Assembly (NCBI RefSeq): GCF_009914755.1
Contig: NC_060928.1
Source of the DNA: the human T2T-CHM13v2.0 reference genome, Homo sapiens
DNA length: 64,000 bases
Reading direction: 5' to 3' (one strand)
Positions 21,161-35,168 of this stretch are shown here, piece by piece (position 1 is the first letter of the stretch; each line of letters begins with the position of its first letter). Below the pieces are notes generated by a model, which searched no databases, was not told where the DNA came from, and was given only the letters and a program-made list of their open reading frames with translations. The position numbers and the translations under genes are program-made.

Positions 21161-23320
21161 CAAGGCCTTCCAGCCAAACAGTTTAATGGTAGAAATCATG
21201 GCATATTTGGGGCTCAGGGCTCACTTCTTTACTTATGAGGTTAAGCTTTCTGCTACAGGAAATGATCTAGACTAGTTTCTACAAAATGGGGCCAGGAAAG
21301 TCGTAATTATAAATATTCATTATTTGAGAACTATTTCCATTATTGGGCTGAAAGCAAAGGATTTGTATATCTTACCCCTTGGTTACATGAGATCATGAAT
21401 AAACAAAATATAATTAAGATTGATTATAAAGATAAACATAGAAAGAGAACCCAGCTCATTACTTAACTTTACTGCTATTGATACCAGGCCAGAAAACTTT
21501 TCAATTGAGGAACACCATGTTAGCCAATTTTAAATTAAAGTCTCTCAAACATGAAAACCCCACCTACCCCACCTCCCCCACCTCTGTCACTGTGCCATGC
21601 CAGATTGGCAAGTCCATTTGTAAGGGAAGCAAAGTATCCTGGTGAACAGGCCACCTTGCCAGGAGGCACCTGCAGACCTTATCAACAATGAGCCTACTTA
21701 TTCTTACTGTCCTTTCTTTTTAGATCCTCTATAAAAGGTATGGCTGTTTATCACCTATTGCAGTACCTCAGAATCAAATGTCAGTGATATCAATACATGG
21801 GGATAAGAGAGCTCATTCAAGGTGAAATGGAAGATACCACTTGGTTTGTTTATCATGCAGTACAAGGGGAGGAAAGAAGGGGAAACAGGGAAGATGGAGC
21901 AATGTCCCTCACAAAAGGAGATGGGTGAGCTGTGCCAACAGCCTTTCCTTTCCAGAACACCAAAGGAGCCATTGTTACTAACTTTGTATTTTGGTTTTGA
22001 CAGGAGACACCTGATCCTAGTTTAGGGATTTATTTCCATGGCAGGACTAAAGCAGTCTGACCTGACATAAAGGGACCTGGAACACACACATGTCCTACCA
22101 GTCACATGGTTGGGAGATGGTGTAGGTTGCATCTGCAGGGGGTCTTTGCTGCTTACGACAACTCTGGGGTCTTCAGGTTCATACCTGAAGTTTGTGAACT
22201 CTACAGTGAACGTGGCTCACTTGCTCTCTCCCTCTGGCTCCATTTCATTGAGTTACTTTTCCAGCATTAAGGACTCCTCACCAAATGACTGAAAGGCAGA
22301 TGACAGGAAGGAGATTTTTTTTGCTTTGGGTTCTCTGACAGGTCTTGTGAACAGGGCTCTAAGCAGATGCTGGCATTAGAAAATATTTGTGTTCTCTGAC
22401 TTTCCTGATACCTGGTATAGGAAATTCAGTGAAGAAAGATAGCAGGCAAGACAAGGCTTGTATTACATGATCCAGTGGCACAAAGCCACAGGAGACAAGA
22501 AATAGTGGGCACTGAAACACTGACAAGAATTTTACATCCTTGTCTCACTGCGTCTGATCTCTTGATGCCCTGGGAGATGTGAAACACTTACAAAGAGCCA
22601 GTATTGACTAAAGCCTGGAGATTTCACTTTGAAACGGATAGTGTCTGGGGTGAATTAATACAGCACATGATTTCCCCCACAAGTTAATTTTCTGGAAAAA
22701 CTTTCTGAAGAATGAAATGCCCAGATACTCAGTAGCTTAAAAGTAATGAGAGTTAAGCTGACATCGTGAGAAGGAGATAGCTCCATAGAGGAGCTGACAT
22801 TTAGTGTGGGCTCCAGCCATGCCCAGCCAAATAAGCAGTATTTTCTGGCAGCCCCAGTGAGAGTCATCACCAGTTCTTTTGTTTAACAAAATCCAAGAGT
22901 GCAATTAACAATTTCTATGACTTGGCCTTCAGAGCCTTCAAGTTACAAGAGGATAAACAAGTAGGAAAGAAAAGGGAGACGCCAATGTTTCAGAAATTAT
23001 GATCTTCAAAGGAGGAGAAATAGTTCAACCACAAGGAGAGTGGTCAGAAATTTGATATCCTTTCTGTGAGAGCACAAGGAGACCCCAAACTGCCAAACCA
23101 CTGTATCTGAGGAGGCGTTGCTGGGACTGAAGTTTCCAGAAATCTTTGAATGGCTCATTTATTTTACTGGGGCTAAAGTTGACGGGGTAATTATCAGGGC
23201 AGGCTGTGGATTTGATTGCTGTTCGGGCAAGTAGGCTTTCATTGTCAGCCAGGAAGCACTTGGGAATTACTTACTGCAGTGTGCCATGCAGACCTGTGCG
23301 TATGAGTGTGCATACATACT

Positions 23321-23352
23321 GTGTGTATGTGTGTGTGTGAGAGAGAGAGAGA
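23321..23352 (+). repeat. Compound (TG)n(GA)n microsatellite
   Basis: Directly visible. Confidence 0.85.
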
Positions 23353-24079
23353 GTGAAAGAGAAAGCTGAGGAGTAAGGATGGTCTATCTCTCTTTGCTTT
23401 TAAATCCAATTTTTCTCTCTTTGGTGTATATGCCAGAGTCAGCAGAGAGAGGTGAAGTTTTCGGTGTGCTAAACCCTACAGTAAGGATGAATTTCTATTT
23501 CACCTGTAACTCAAGCTTCCCCAGTCTAACAGGATTATATTAATGGGAATAGCCAAAATATCAGAGCCCCCACCCCTGCACACCCCCCACCCCTTACCAC
23601 CAATGCATGGCCCAGAAGCTCCAGCTCCATCAAAGTCTCACCCAGTGTTGGATACTCTCTAGTGGGATCTCGTGTGACCTCAGGAACAGTTCTTTTATGC
23701 TCTCCTGATAAGGGTTTCATAGCTGGGGATCAAGATGCCATCTGAGGGTGGCTGTGCACTCACCTCACCTCTGCATGGCTTCAGTGGTATTCTTGAGAGT
23801 CTAAATGTCCATGCCAAGGAATGGAGGGGTCACCTTTTTCTAGTGGCCACATCAGCAACCTGCAGGGTACCAAGGAACAGCTGTACTTTCTGGAGTTCTC
23901 ACCAGGCTGAAGCAACACTGTTTCCCCTATTCCGTCACATTTGCCTCCTGGGTAGCCATGATCATGCTGCTAGGTCATGCAAAACCCTGTGAGAACATAT
24001 CCTCCACGTTCTGCCTGTAGCTCCTTCTTTCTATGCAGTGCAGATAAAAAATTAAGGTAGGAGGATCCACATTCTACAC

Positions 24080-24266
24080 CAGTGGTTCTCAAACTTCAGC
24101 ATGCATTAGAGTCACCTGAAGGTTTCATTAAAACACTGATTTCTGGGTGTTATCCAGGCTTTTTGATTTAGTAACTCTGGGGTGGGGTTTAAGATTTTAC
24201 ATTTCGAAATAATCCCCAGATGATGCTGGTACTACTGCTCTAGGGACCATATTTTGAGAACCACTG
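24080..24266. mobile_element. MER5A hAT-Charlie MITE, complete
   Basis: Perfect 14-bp TIRs CAGTGGTTCTCAAA / TTTGAGAACCACTG; 8-bp TSD TTCTACAC vs TTCTGGAC. Confidence 0.92.
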
Positions 24267-25807
24267 TTCTGGACAAGCACTATGCTGCCCCAGAGCCTCT
24301 GATCCACCAGTTGTCTGGGAGGTCCTGCCCCTCAACAGAGACACACCCAGACACGTGCATCTTCACAGAGGGCCCCATTTATGTTCAATCTGGTACCTCC
24401 ATTGCCATCATAGATGAAAACACATTGACCCTCCCATGTTATGCGTTTAAAGCAGAGATTTGCTGTTTGCATTCAGGCAATGTAGGTTTTGACTCCAGAA
24501 CTTCACACTTGCACGTTCCTTAGGTATGAATTACTGACCAACACCATTCTGGGGGTAGAGGTGGGGGGTCCCTTAAATGCTGAAGAATGATCATTTGTGT
24601 GGTCTTCTCCCTCTTACTGCAAAAATTATTATATTTGGTGGTAGAAAATTCTTTCTTTGGTGCACTAGTAAAGCAACTGATGGGTAGGAGGCCTGGAGGA
24701 TAAGAGGGGCTGTAAAGCAAGGGAGAAAAAATGGGAGAGAAGGGGACAAAATGGATGCCTTCCCATGTTGAGTCTTTGAGGAGTAGTCCTTGAACTACAG
24801 TTTTATAATGGATTAAATGGGCCTTGAGGAAGGGGCCTTCCGGGAAGTCTAGACTATGTCGAACATTTCTGTGGGAAATGTGTTATGAGAAGACACAAGC
24901 TAACTTACCCACCAACTGGAACTCAACTTGTTGCAAATTGGAGGTTACAGGAAATGTGCTAAAGGTCTTTTGCCACAGATGAACATTCTTTTGCTCTGAT
25001 AGTGTGTATCATCAGTCATGCTAAGGGTGAAGCACAAATGAGATCTGGCATCTGCTAGGCTGCTGAATTATTGCTGTTATTGTTGGGTTTCCTGTATCTT
25101 TCCCATGAAATTACAGTGATCATCACTATGGCATCTGCTGGGCCTGAGATGGGTCAGAGCTAAAAATAGGATGGAGAATTCAGGCTCCTGGAGACAGTTC
25201 ATGCACTGTGTGAGCTTTGAACCTTTGGTTTGCCCCAACTTTTGAGTTTGGCTTGAGGTGGCTCTTGGTAATAATGGGACAGAGCTCTGAGGAAAGGCAG
25301 TGTATGAAAGTGGAATCTCCAGATTTCATAAACTCCAGGGACCTTCAAGCTAATTGCATTCGACTCCACCCTTCTGCTGATGAGAAACTGAGGCCTAGAG
25401 AGTCATAGTAACCACAGCAGGAGTGTGGCCATGTGGGATTAGTTTGGGGCTCCAGAAATAGTTTCCTCAAACCTGCCTCCTACGGTGTGTTCCCTGGACC
25501 ACTGGTGTCTGGGACAGTTAGCAGGTGCTAGATGAAATGGTTTGGGAAATACCAGGTTAAGTATTAAATGTAAGGGCAGGACCTGCTTAAGCTTTCCTAG
25601 GAGATATGTACAGTATTACGAATCTCTAAGAGGAGTTAAGGTAGGCTGTCTCTTTTTTCCTACTGAGCACTTCATGGAAGTACTCCGTGGAACCCATTTT
25701 GGGAAATTCTACATTATGCCCGTAGGTCTTAAAGTCTCCCGGCTGAATTGATACCCTTAAGATAGGTTTTCTTGAGGTTCTGAGGGGAACAATGTGTACT
25801 GGGAGTA

Positions 25808-25997
25808 AGGTTGTCAAGTAAAATACAGGGTGTTCCAGCTAAATTCAAATTTCAGTTAAATCAATTTTTTTTCTTTTTTTTTTTAGTGTAGGTCTCATGC
25901 AAGATTTGGGACTTACTTAAACGATTATTCATAGTTTAATCTGAAATTCAAATTTAACCAGGAATTCTCGAATTTTATTGCTAAATCTGGCATTCCT
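25808..25997. mobile_element. MER53 palindromic MITE
   Basis: aggttgtca...aaatttcag...tttgggacttactta...tctgaaattcaaatttaac...atctggcattcct matches recalled MER53. Confidence 0.8.
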
Positions 25998-26134
25998 AAG
26001 TGGAGATTAGAGCAGAAAGAGAGAAAACTAAGAGCTGTTAAGACAGGCAGGCCGGGCCTTGGCCTCAGGAAGGAAGGGGCCACCCTCAAGGCTCTGTGCC
26101 AAGGAGAGAGCCCAGGTGTTTCTAGCCCACTTAG

Positions 26135-26660
26135 ACCAGAGGCTTCAAATAAGACGGGCTACTGGCTTCAGTCTGGAAATCTGTGGGGCAATTTTTGTTG
26201 TGACAGTGATTGGGAGGTTCTACTGGCACTTAATGGACAGCAATGCCATATGTCCTGTAATATGTGAGACAGTCCAGTTTCCCACTCCACATTCTTTGTG
26301 TGTCCTACCTGACATTCTTAAATGTGCTTTCTTACTTCCCTTAAATGCAAGCCTATTCACGATATGAAAGTGCTAGCTCCTGACAACTTCTTTAAGTCTC
26401 CTGGGATGCTCATACTCCAGTATTTACATGTTAAATTATATGTCATTTTATGCTGACTTACTTTCCTTTTATTTATCCTCTTTCCTATTGTTAAAGCAAT
26501 GTGTTTGTGTGTGTTCAATTATTTACAATTATTTATACCTATAGGCAATAGTGTCTGTGATTTTCATTTTAGGAGAGTAAAATAGGTATTATAAAATGTT
26601 CATAATAAAAATGAACACTTGTTTGGTAGAAATAAGAAGTATCGACTGAGCCACATTGTT
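26135..26660. mobile_element. MER20B-like hAT fragment
   Basis: ttttgttgtgacagtgattggg...ctactggcacttaatgg...tgtcctgtaat motif. Confidence 0.5.
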
Positions 26661-26768
26661 TTTCTTGACTATAAGTCAAGAAAACCCTGAGTTCTGCTCT
26701 CTTCTTCTTCGTTAAGTATATCGTTCAAATTAGGTTTGGCTGCATTTAATGGAAAAACAAAATGAGAT

Positions 26769-27466
26769 TGATAAATAAAAATAAAATCCTAAATGCCATA
26801 CCAACTGACTGGATCCTTCCCCACTTGGCCAAGGGGACCCCAGAAAAACCTTAAAAACTGGCCATGATGGTACAGAAGGTTGGACATGCCTTGTTATACC
26901 CCCTCCCTCATTAACCACTATTAGGCTTTCTTTCTTAAGCATTAAACAAAAACCAGCCCTTTGGAAGGACTTGTTCCACTGCTAAATTCAACCAACCTCC
27001 CTTTTGTGGTTTTGACACAACAAATGATCAGCATTCTTTCCTGATAAGAGACCGCCAACCACAAAGTGGTTCTGGCCATCTATGGATGCTGTGCAGAGGG
27101 CCTTTGTGTGCTCTGTTTCACCCTTGGATGTATAGGGCCTAATTGTAATACATTTAAACATTAGGTTTCCACCCCAAAGTGAACATGGGACACATGTTGT
27201 ATTCATGTTAGTCCTCTACACATGCCCATGCCTCCCCTTTGTGAATATTCATAGCTCCTCCTATAACTGTCAAATATATATATTTGGCCACCCTGCTCAG
27301 CGTATATCTCTGTCTTATTCTTCCCACTCTCAAGAGCCTATTTCTGGCTTCTGACTGGAGGTGACGCTTGCCAGCTTATCAGAATGGCTGCCTGCAGGCT
27401 GCAACGCTTTATGAGAAATAAAGCTCTCCTTTCCAAATTTGTAACTTCGTTGTTCTTCAGTTGACA
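26769..27466 (+). mobile_element. ERV1 solo LTR, MER39-like
   Basis: aaaaataaaatcctaa...ggccaagggg...gataagagacc...gaatattcatagctcc...AATAAA...cttcagttgaca; TG..CA ends. Appears to interrupt an older minus-strand MLT1 fragment (26710-26765, 27467-27600). Confidence 0.8.
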
Positions 27467-27599
27467 AGAAAAAGCAGTGGCTTCAACAATACAGCAGGTT
27501 ATTTTTGTTGCATGTAAGAGAAGTTAAGAGGTAGGCTGTCCTGTGTTGGGAGGCCACTTCCTTCCAGGTCTCTGTTCTGCCATCCTCAAGATGGCTGTT

Positions 27600-27958
27600 T
27601 GGAGGTCTTGGACATGTTCGACACTCATTTTTGGAAGCCAGCCTCCATTCTGAGGAGGCAAAGCAGCCACATGAAGAGGCCCACAAGAAGGGAACCAAGG
27701 GCCCTAGCCAACAGTCTCAACTGAGCTCCCAGCCAGTGGCTGCATCCAAAGCCAGCCTGGTAAGTGAGGCTATTTCGGCCATCACCTTCCAGCACCCAAG
27801 CTGTCACTATGTGACACCAGAGAACTGTCTGGTGGATACACAGAAATGTGATAAATGATAGGTCATTGTTCTTTTAAGCCTCTAAGTTCCCCCTTCCCCT
27901 ACCACTACCACCCCACAGGTAGGGGGGATTGTTATACAGCAATTGATAACCCAAACAA
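27600..27958 (+). mobile_element. MLT1G/H-like LTR fragment
   Basis: gcagccacatgaagaggccc...ttttaagcctctaagtt...ttgttatacagcaattgataac. Confidence 0.7.
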
Positions 27959-28099
27959 CATTTGTTTATTCATTCATGTGAACTCATGTGCTAAGCACTA
28001 TTCCAGATGCTGAGGATTCAGGAGTGAAAAGGTAGAAAAAATCCCTGCCCTCAAGAAGTTTACCATCTCGCTAGCTCCTTCTTTTATTCCTCTAGAGGC

Positions 28100-29697
28100 T
28101 ACAAATCATTTTTCTCTTCAAGCCACCACCCCTACTTCTTGTTTTATGGGGAAGTTGGAGACCATTAGAATTGAATTTTTCCAACTTCTTTCTCCCACAC
28201 ACATTTCCCTGGATCTACACTGTCTCCTCTCCTCCACTGCAGCTCACGGCAGGGCCAGAACCAGCCCATCCCCTCTTTTCTGCTATCCAGCTACCAGACT
28301 CTGGATCCTATTCTTCCTTTCATGTGCCTTTAACTTCTGTTCCATGAGACCAACTCTTTCATAATTTAAACAGATTCATCTCTACAGTCCTAAAAACTAG
28401 CACAATAAAAAGCTCCTCTTTAACCTTATCTTCACAATGTACCTTTTGCTCTTTCTCTTTTAGCCGTCACAGCCAAGTTTCTACAGATTGGAGTCTTCTC
28501 ATTCTTTCTCTGTTTTCTCATTTCCAGTTCACTAGTATATAATGGTCATGGAAGGTCTCTGTGGGAAGTGACATTTAAGCTGGTATAATAACAATTTCTT
28601 GATTCTTCATATTGCTGGAACTTTCAGCAGCATTTGCATTCCTAACCATTCTTTCCTTCCTCAACTAAACTCTAGGGTAATCTCTTGGTTCTCTTCCTAC
28701 ATCTCCAACCCATGTATCTCTTTTTCTTATCTTTCTGGCCATTCTCCATCAGGTATTGTTCAGGTTTCCACCTTTGGCCTTCCTGTCTCACTCACCTTCT
28801 TTGCAGCCAAATTCATCCACATCCATAGTTTTAACCCACCACCAAAGTGCTAATGACCCCAAACCAGTATGTCCACTCCAGACTGCTACCCCCAGCCCCT
28901 TGGTTCATTTGCCCAGCTTCCTTCCAAGCAGCTCCACTTGGGTTTCCACCAGGCAGTTCAAGTTCAGAGCTGAATCCAATTTCTCCACCTCTTTCCACTA
29001 CTCCAAGTCTCAGCCAGCAATGCTTCTTGATGAAGCCTAAAACCACAGGGCCAACCTAGATTTCTCTCTTCTTTTTTTGTACCATCACCCACATACATAG
29101 GAATTTTTAAAATCACAAGATCCTCTTGATTCTATATCCTTACGATTTCCTGTCTCTATTCATCCATTTCCATCCCCACTGTTCAGAACTGGCCCTTTCT
29201 CCACTTATAGAAGACTTACTGGACTCTTTACCCCAAAGCATTTCTTCCTTCAATTAGTCCTCTTCTCTACTATCAGAGTGACATGTCTAACATTTAAAAT
29301 TGATAAGATCAAGCTGCTGTTCAGAATTCTCCAATAGCCTCTGCTCTGGGTCCTGCTTGGTACTTTAGTTCCTCCCTTCCCCACCCAGCTTTAGTCCTCC
29401 CCTGGCCACGTCTTGGGACCACAGGGATGTGCACAACTTGAACCTGCCCCACCACTCCCCAGTTCAGGTATTCTGAACCTAAGGACTCCCTGTGTGCACG
29501 GTGTGGAAAGGCCTCTGTGCTCTTACACAGCCCCATGAAGTATTAGGTACAGGAAATTTGCTGCCTCATCCATTTCCCACTATTTCTGCCTCCCCTGAGT
29601 TTGCTTACTTCCCCTCATTTCCTCACTTCTGTGCATTCTTTTTTCTCTACCTGCAATGCTCTCCTCTTTTGCCCATCAGAGTAAAATTTCCTACTCC
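28100..29697 (+). mobile_element. Degraded L2 (resumes at ~38449-38570 after the L1PB1 insertion)
   Basis: Pyrimidine-rich L2-like sequence; cctgcaatgctctcc...cctactcc joins across the L1 to ...aggtttcagc. Confidence 0.5.
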
Positions 29698-30055
29698 TTT
29701 AAAAAAATTTCAGTAAGTTTTTGGAAAACAGGTAAAGTTTGGTTACATGAATAAGTTCTTTGGTTGTGATTTCTAAGATTTTGGTGCCTCCATCACCCAA
29801 GCAGTATACACCATACCCAATGTGTAGTCTCCTATCCCTTGCCATCCCCTACCCTTTCCCCAAGTCCCCAAAGCCCAATGTATCACTCTTGTTCCTTTGT
29901 GTCCTCACAGCTTATCTCCTACATATGAATGAGAACATAGGATGTTTGGTTTTCCATTCCTGAGTTACTTCACTTAGAATAATGGTCTCCACTTCCATTC
30001 AGGTTGCTGTGAATGCCATTATTTTGCTCCTTTTTATGGCTAAATAGTATTCCAC

Positions 30056-30056
30056 G

Positions 30057-30098
<42 letters not shown>
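30056..30098 (+). repeat. (GT)n microsatellite in L1 3'UTR
   Basis: Directly visible. Confidence 0.9.
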
Positions 30099-30100
<2 letters not shown>

Positions 30101-32565
30101 CACATTTTCTTTATCCACTTGTTGATTGATGGGCATATGGGCTGGTTCCATATTTTTGCAATTGCAAATTATGCTGCTATACATACGCATGTGCAAGTAT
30201 CTTTTTCATGTAATGACTTATTTTCCTCTGGGTAGATACCCAGTAGTGGGATTGCTGGATCAAATGGTAGATCTACTTTTAGTTCTTTAAGGAATCTCCA
30301 CACGGTTTTCCATAGTGGTTGTACTAGTTTACATCCCCACCAACAGTGTAAAAGTATTCCTTTTCACCGCATTCTTGCCAACATATATTTATTTTTATTT
30401 TTTTATTATAGCCATTCTTGCAGGAGTAAGGTGGTATCGCACTGTGGTTTTGATTTGCATTTCCCTGATCATTAGTGATGTTGAGCATTTTTCCACATGC
30501 TTTTTCCCCATTTGTGTACCTTCTTTTGAGAATTTTCTGTTTATGTCCTTAGCCCACTTTTTGATGGGATTGTTTTTTTCTTGCTGATTTGTTTGAGTTC
30601 ATTGTCGATTCTGGATATTAGTCTTTTGTCAGATATATAGATTGTGAAGATTTTCTCCCACTCTGTGGGGTGTCTGTTAACTCCGCTGATTATTTATTTT
30701 GCTGTGCAGAAACTTTTTAGTTTAATTATAACCCATCTATTTATCTTTTTATTCCATTTGCTTTTGGGTTCTTGGTCATGAAGTCTTTGCCTAAGCCAAT
30801 GTCTGGAAGGGTTTTTCTGATGTTATTTTCTAGAATCTTTATGGTTCAGGTCTTGGATTTAAGTCTTTGATCCATCTTGAGAGATTTTTGTATAAGGTGA
30901 GAGATGAGGATCCGGTGTCATTCTTCAACATGTGGCCAGCCAATTATCCCAGCACCATTTGTTGAATAGGGTGTCCTATCCCCACTTTATGTTTTTTGTT
31001 TGCTTTGTCAAAGATTAGTTGACTGTAAATATTTGGCTTTATATCTGAGTTTAGTATTCTGTTTCATAGGTCTATGTGCCTATTTTTATACCAGTACCAT
31101 GCTGTTTTAGTGACTATGGCCTTATAGTATAGTGTGAAGTCGTGTAATGTGATGCCTCCAGATTTGTTCTTTTTACTTAGCCTTGCTTTGGGTATGTGAG
31201 CTCTTTTTTATTTTTTTGGTTCCATATGAATTTTAGGATTGTTTTTGCTAGTTCTGTGAAGAATTATGGCAGTATTTTGATAGAAATTGCATTGAATTTG
31301 TAGATTGTTTTGGCAGTATGGTCATTTTCACAATATTCACTCTACCCGTCCATGAGCACGGGATGTGTTTCCATTTGTTTGTGTCATCTGTCATTTCTTT
31401 CATCAGTGTTTTGTAGTGTTCCTTTTGGAAGTTTTCCACCTCTTTGGTTAGGTATATTCCTAAATATTTGTTTTTGTTATTGTTGTTGTTGTTGTTGCAG
31501 CTATTGTAAAAGGGGTTGAGTTCTTGACTCTATTCTCAGCTTGATTGCTGTTGGTGTATAGCAGAGTGACTGATTTGAGTACATTAATTTTGTATCCAGA
31601 AACTTTGCTGAATTCATTTAACAGTGCTAGGGACTTTCTGGATGAGACTTTAGGGTTTTCTAGGTATATGATCATATCATCAGCAAACAGTGACAGTTTG
31701 ACTTCCTCTTTACCGATTTGGATGCCCTTTATTTCTTTCTCTTGTCTGATTGCTTCGACTAGGACTTTCAGTACTATGTTGAATAGAAGTGGTGAAAGTG
31801 GGCATCCTTGTGTTGTTCTAGTTCTCAGGGGAAGTGCTTTCAACTTTTCCCTGTTCGGTATAATATTGGCTGTGGGTTTGTTGTAGATGGCTTTTATTAC
31901 CTTAAATTATGTCCCTTCAAATTTGTTTTTGCTGAGAGTTTTAATCATAAAGAGATGCTGGATTTTATAAAATGCTTTTTCTGCATCTATTGAGATGATC
32001 ATTTAATTTTTGTTTTTAATTCTGTTTATGTGATGTATCATGTTTATTGACTTATGTATGTTAAACCATCTCTGCATCCCTGGTATGTAACCCACTTGAT
32101 CATGGTGGATTATCTTTTCAATATGCTATTGGATTTGGTTTGCTAGTATTTTGTAGAGGATTTTTACATCTATGTTCATCAGGGATATTGGTCCATAGTT
32201 TTCTTTTTTTTTTTTTTTGTTATGTCCTTTCCTGGTTTTGGTATTATTAGGGTGTTACTGGCTTCATAGAATGATTTAGGCAAGATTCCCTCTTTCTCTA
32301 TCTTTTAGAATAATTTCAATAGGATTGGTACTAACTCTTCTTTAAATGCCTAATAGAATACAGCTGTGACACCATCTGTTCCTGGCATTTTTTTCCTGTT
32401 GGCAAATTTTAAATTGAAATTTACCATTTCAATCTTCCCACTTGTTACTGGTCTGCTCAGATTCTTTATTTTCCTGGTTTAATCTAGGAGGGTTGTATAT
32501 TTCTAGGAATTTATCCATCTCCTCTAGGTTTTCTAGTGTATGAGTGTAAAGATTTTCATAGTAGC

Positions 32566-35168
<2,603 letters not shown>

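Noticed and set aside
21730-21737. TATAAAAG TATA-like box next to a pyrimidine tract and AG
   Set aside because: Single motif without a CpG island or other promoter support; cannot be distinguished from chance.
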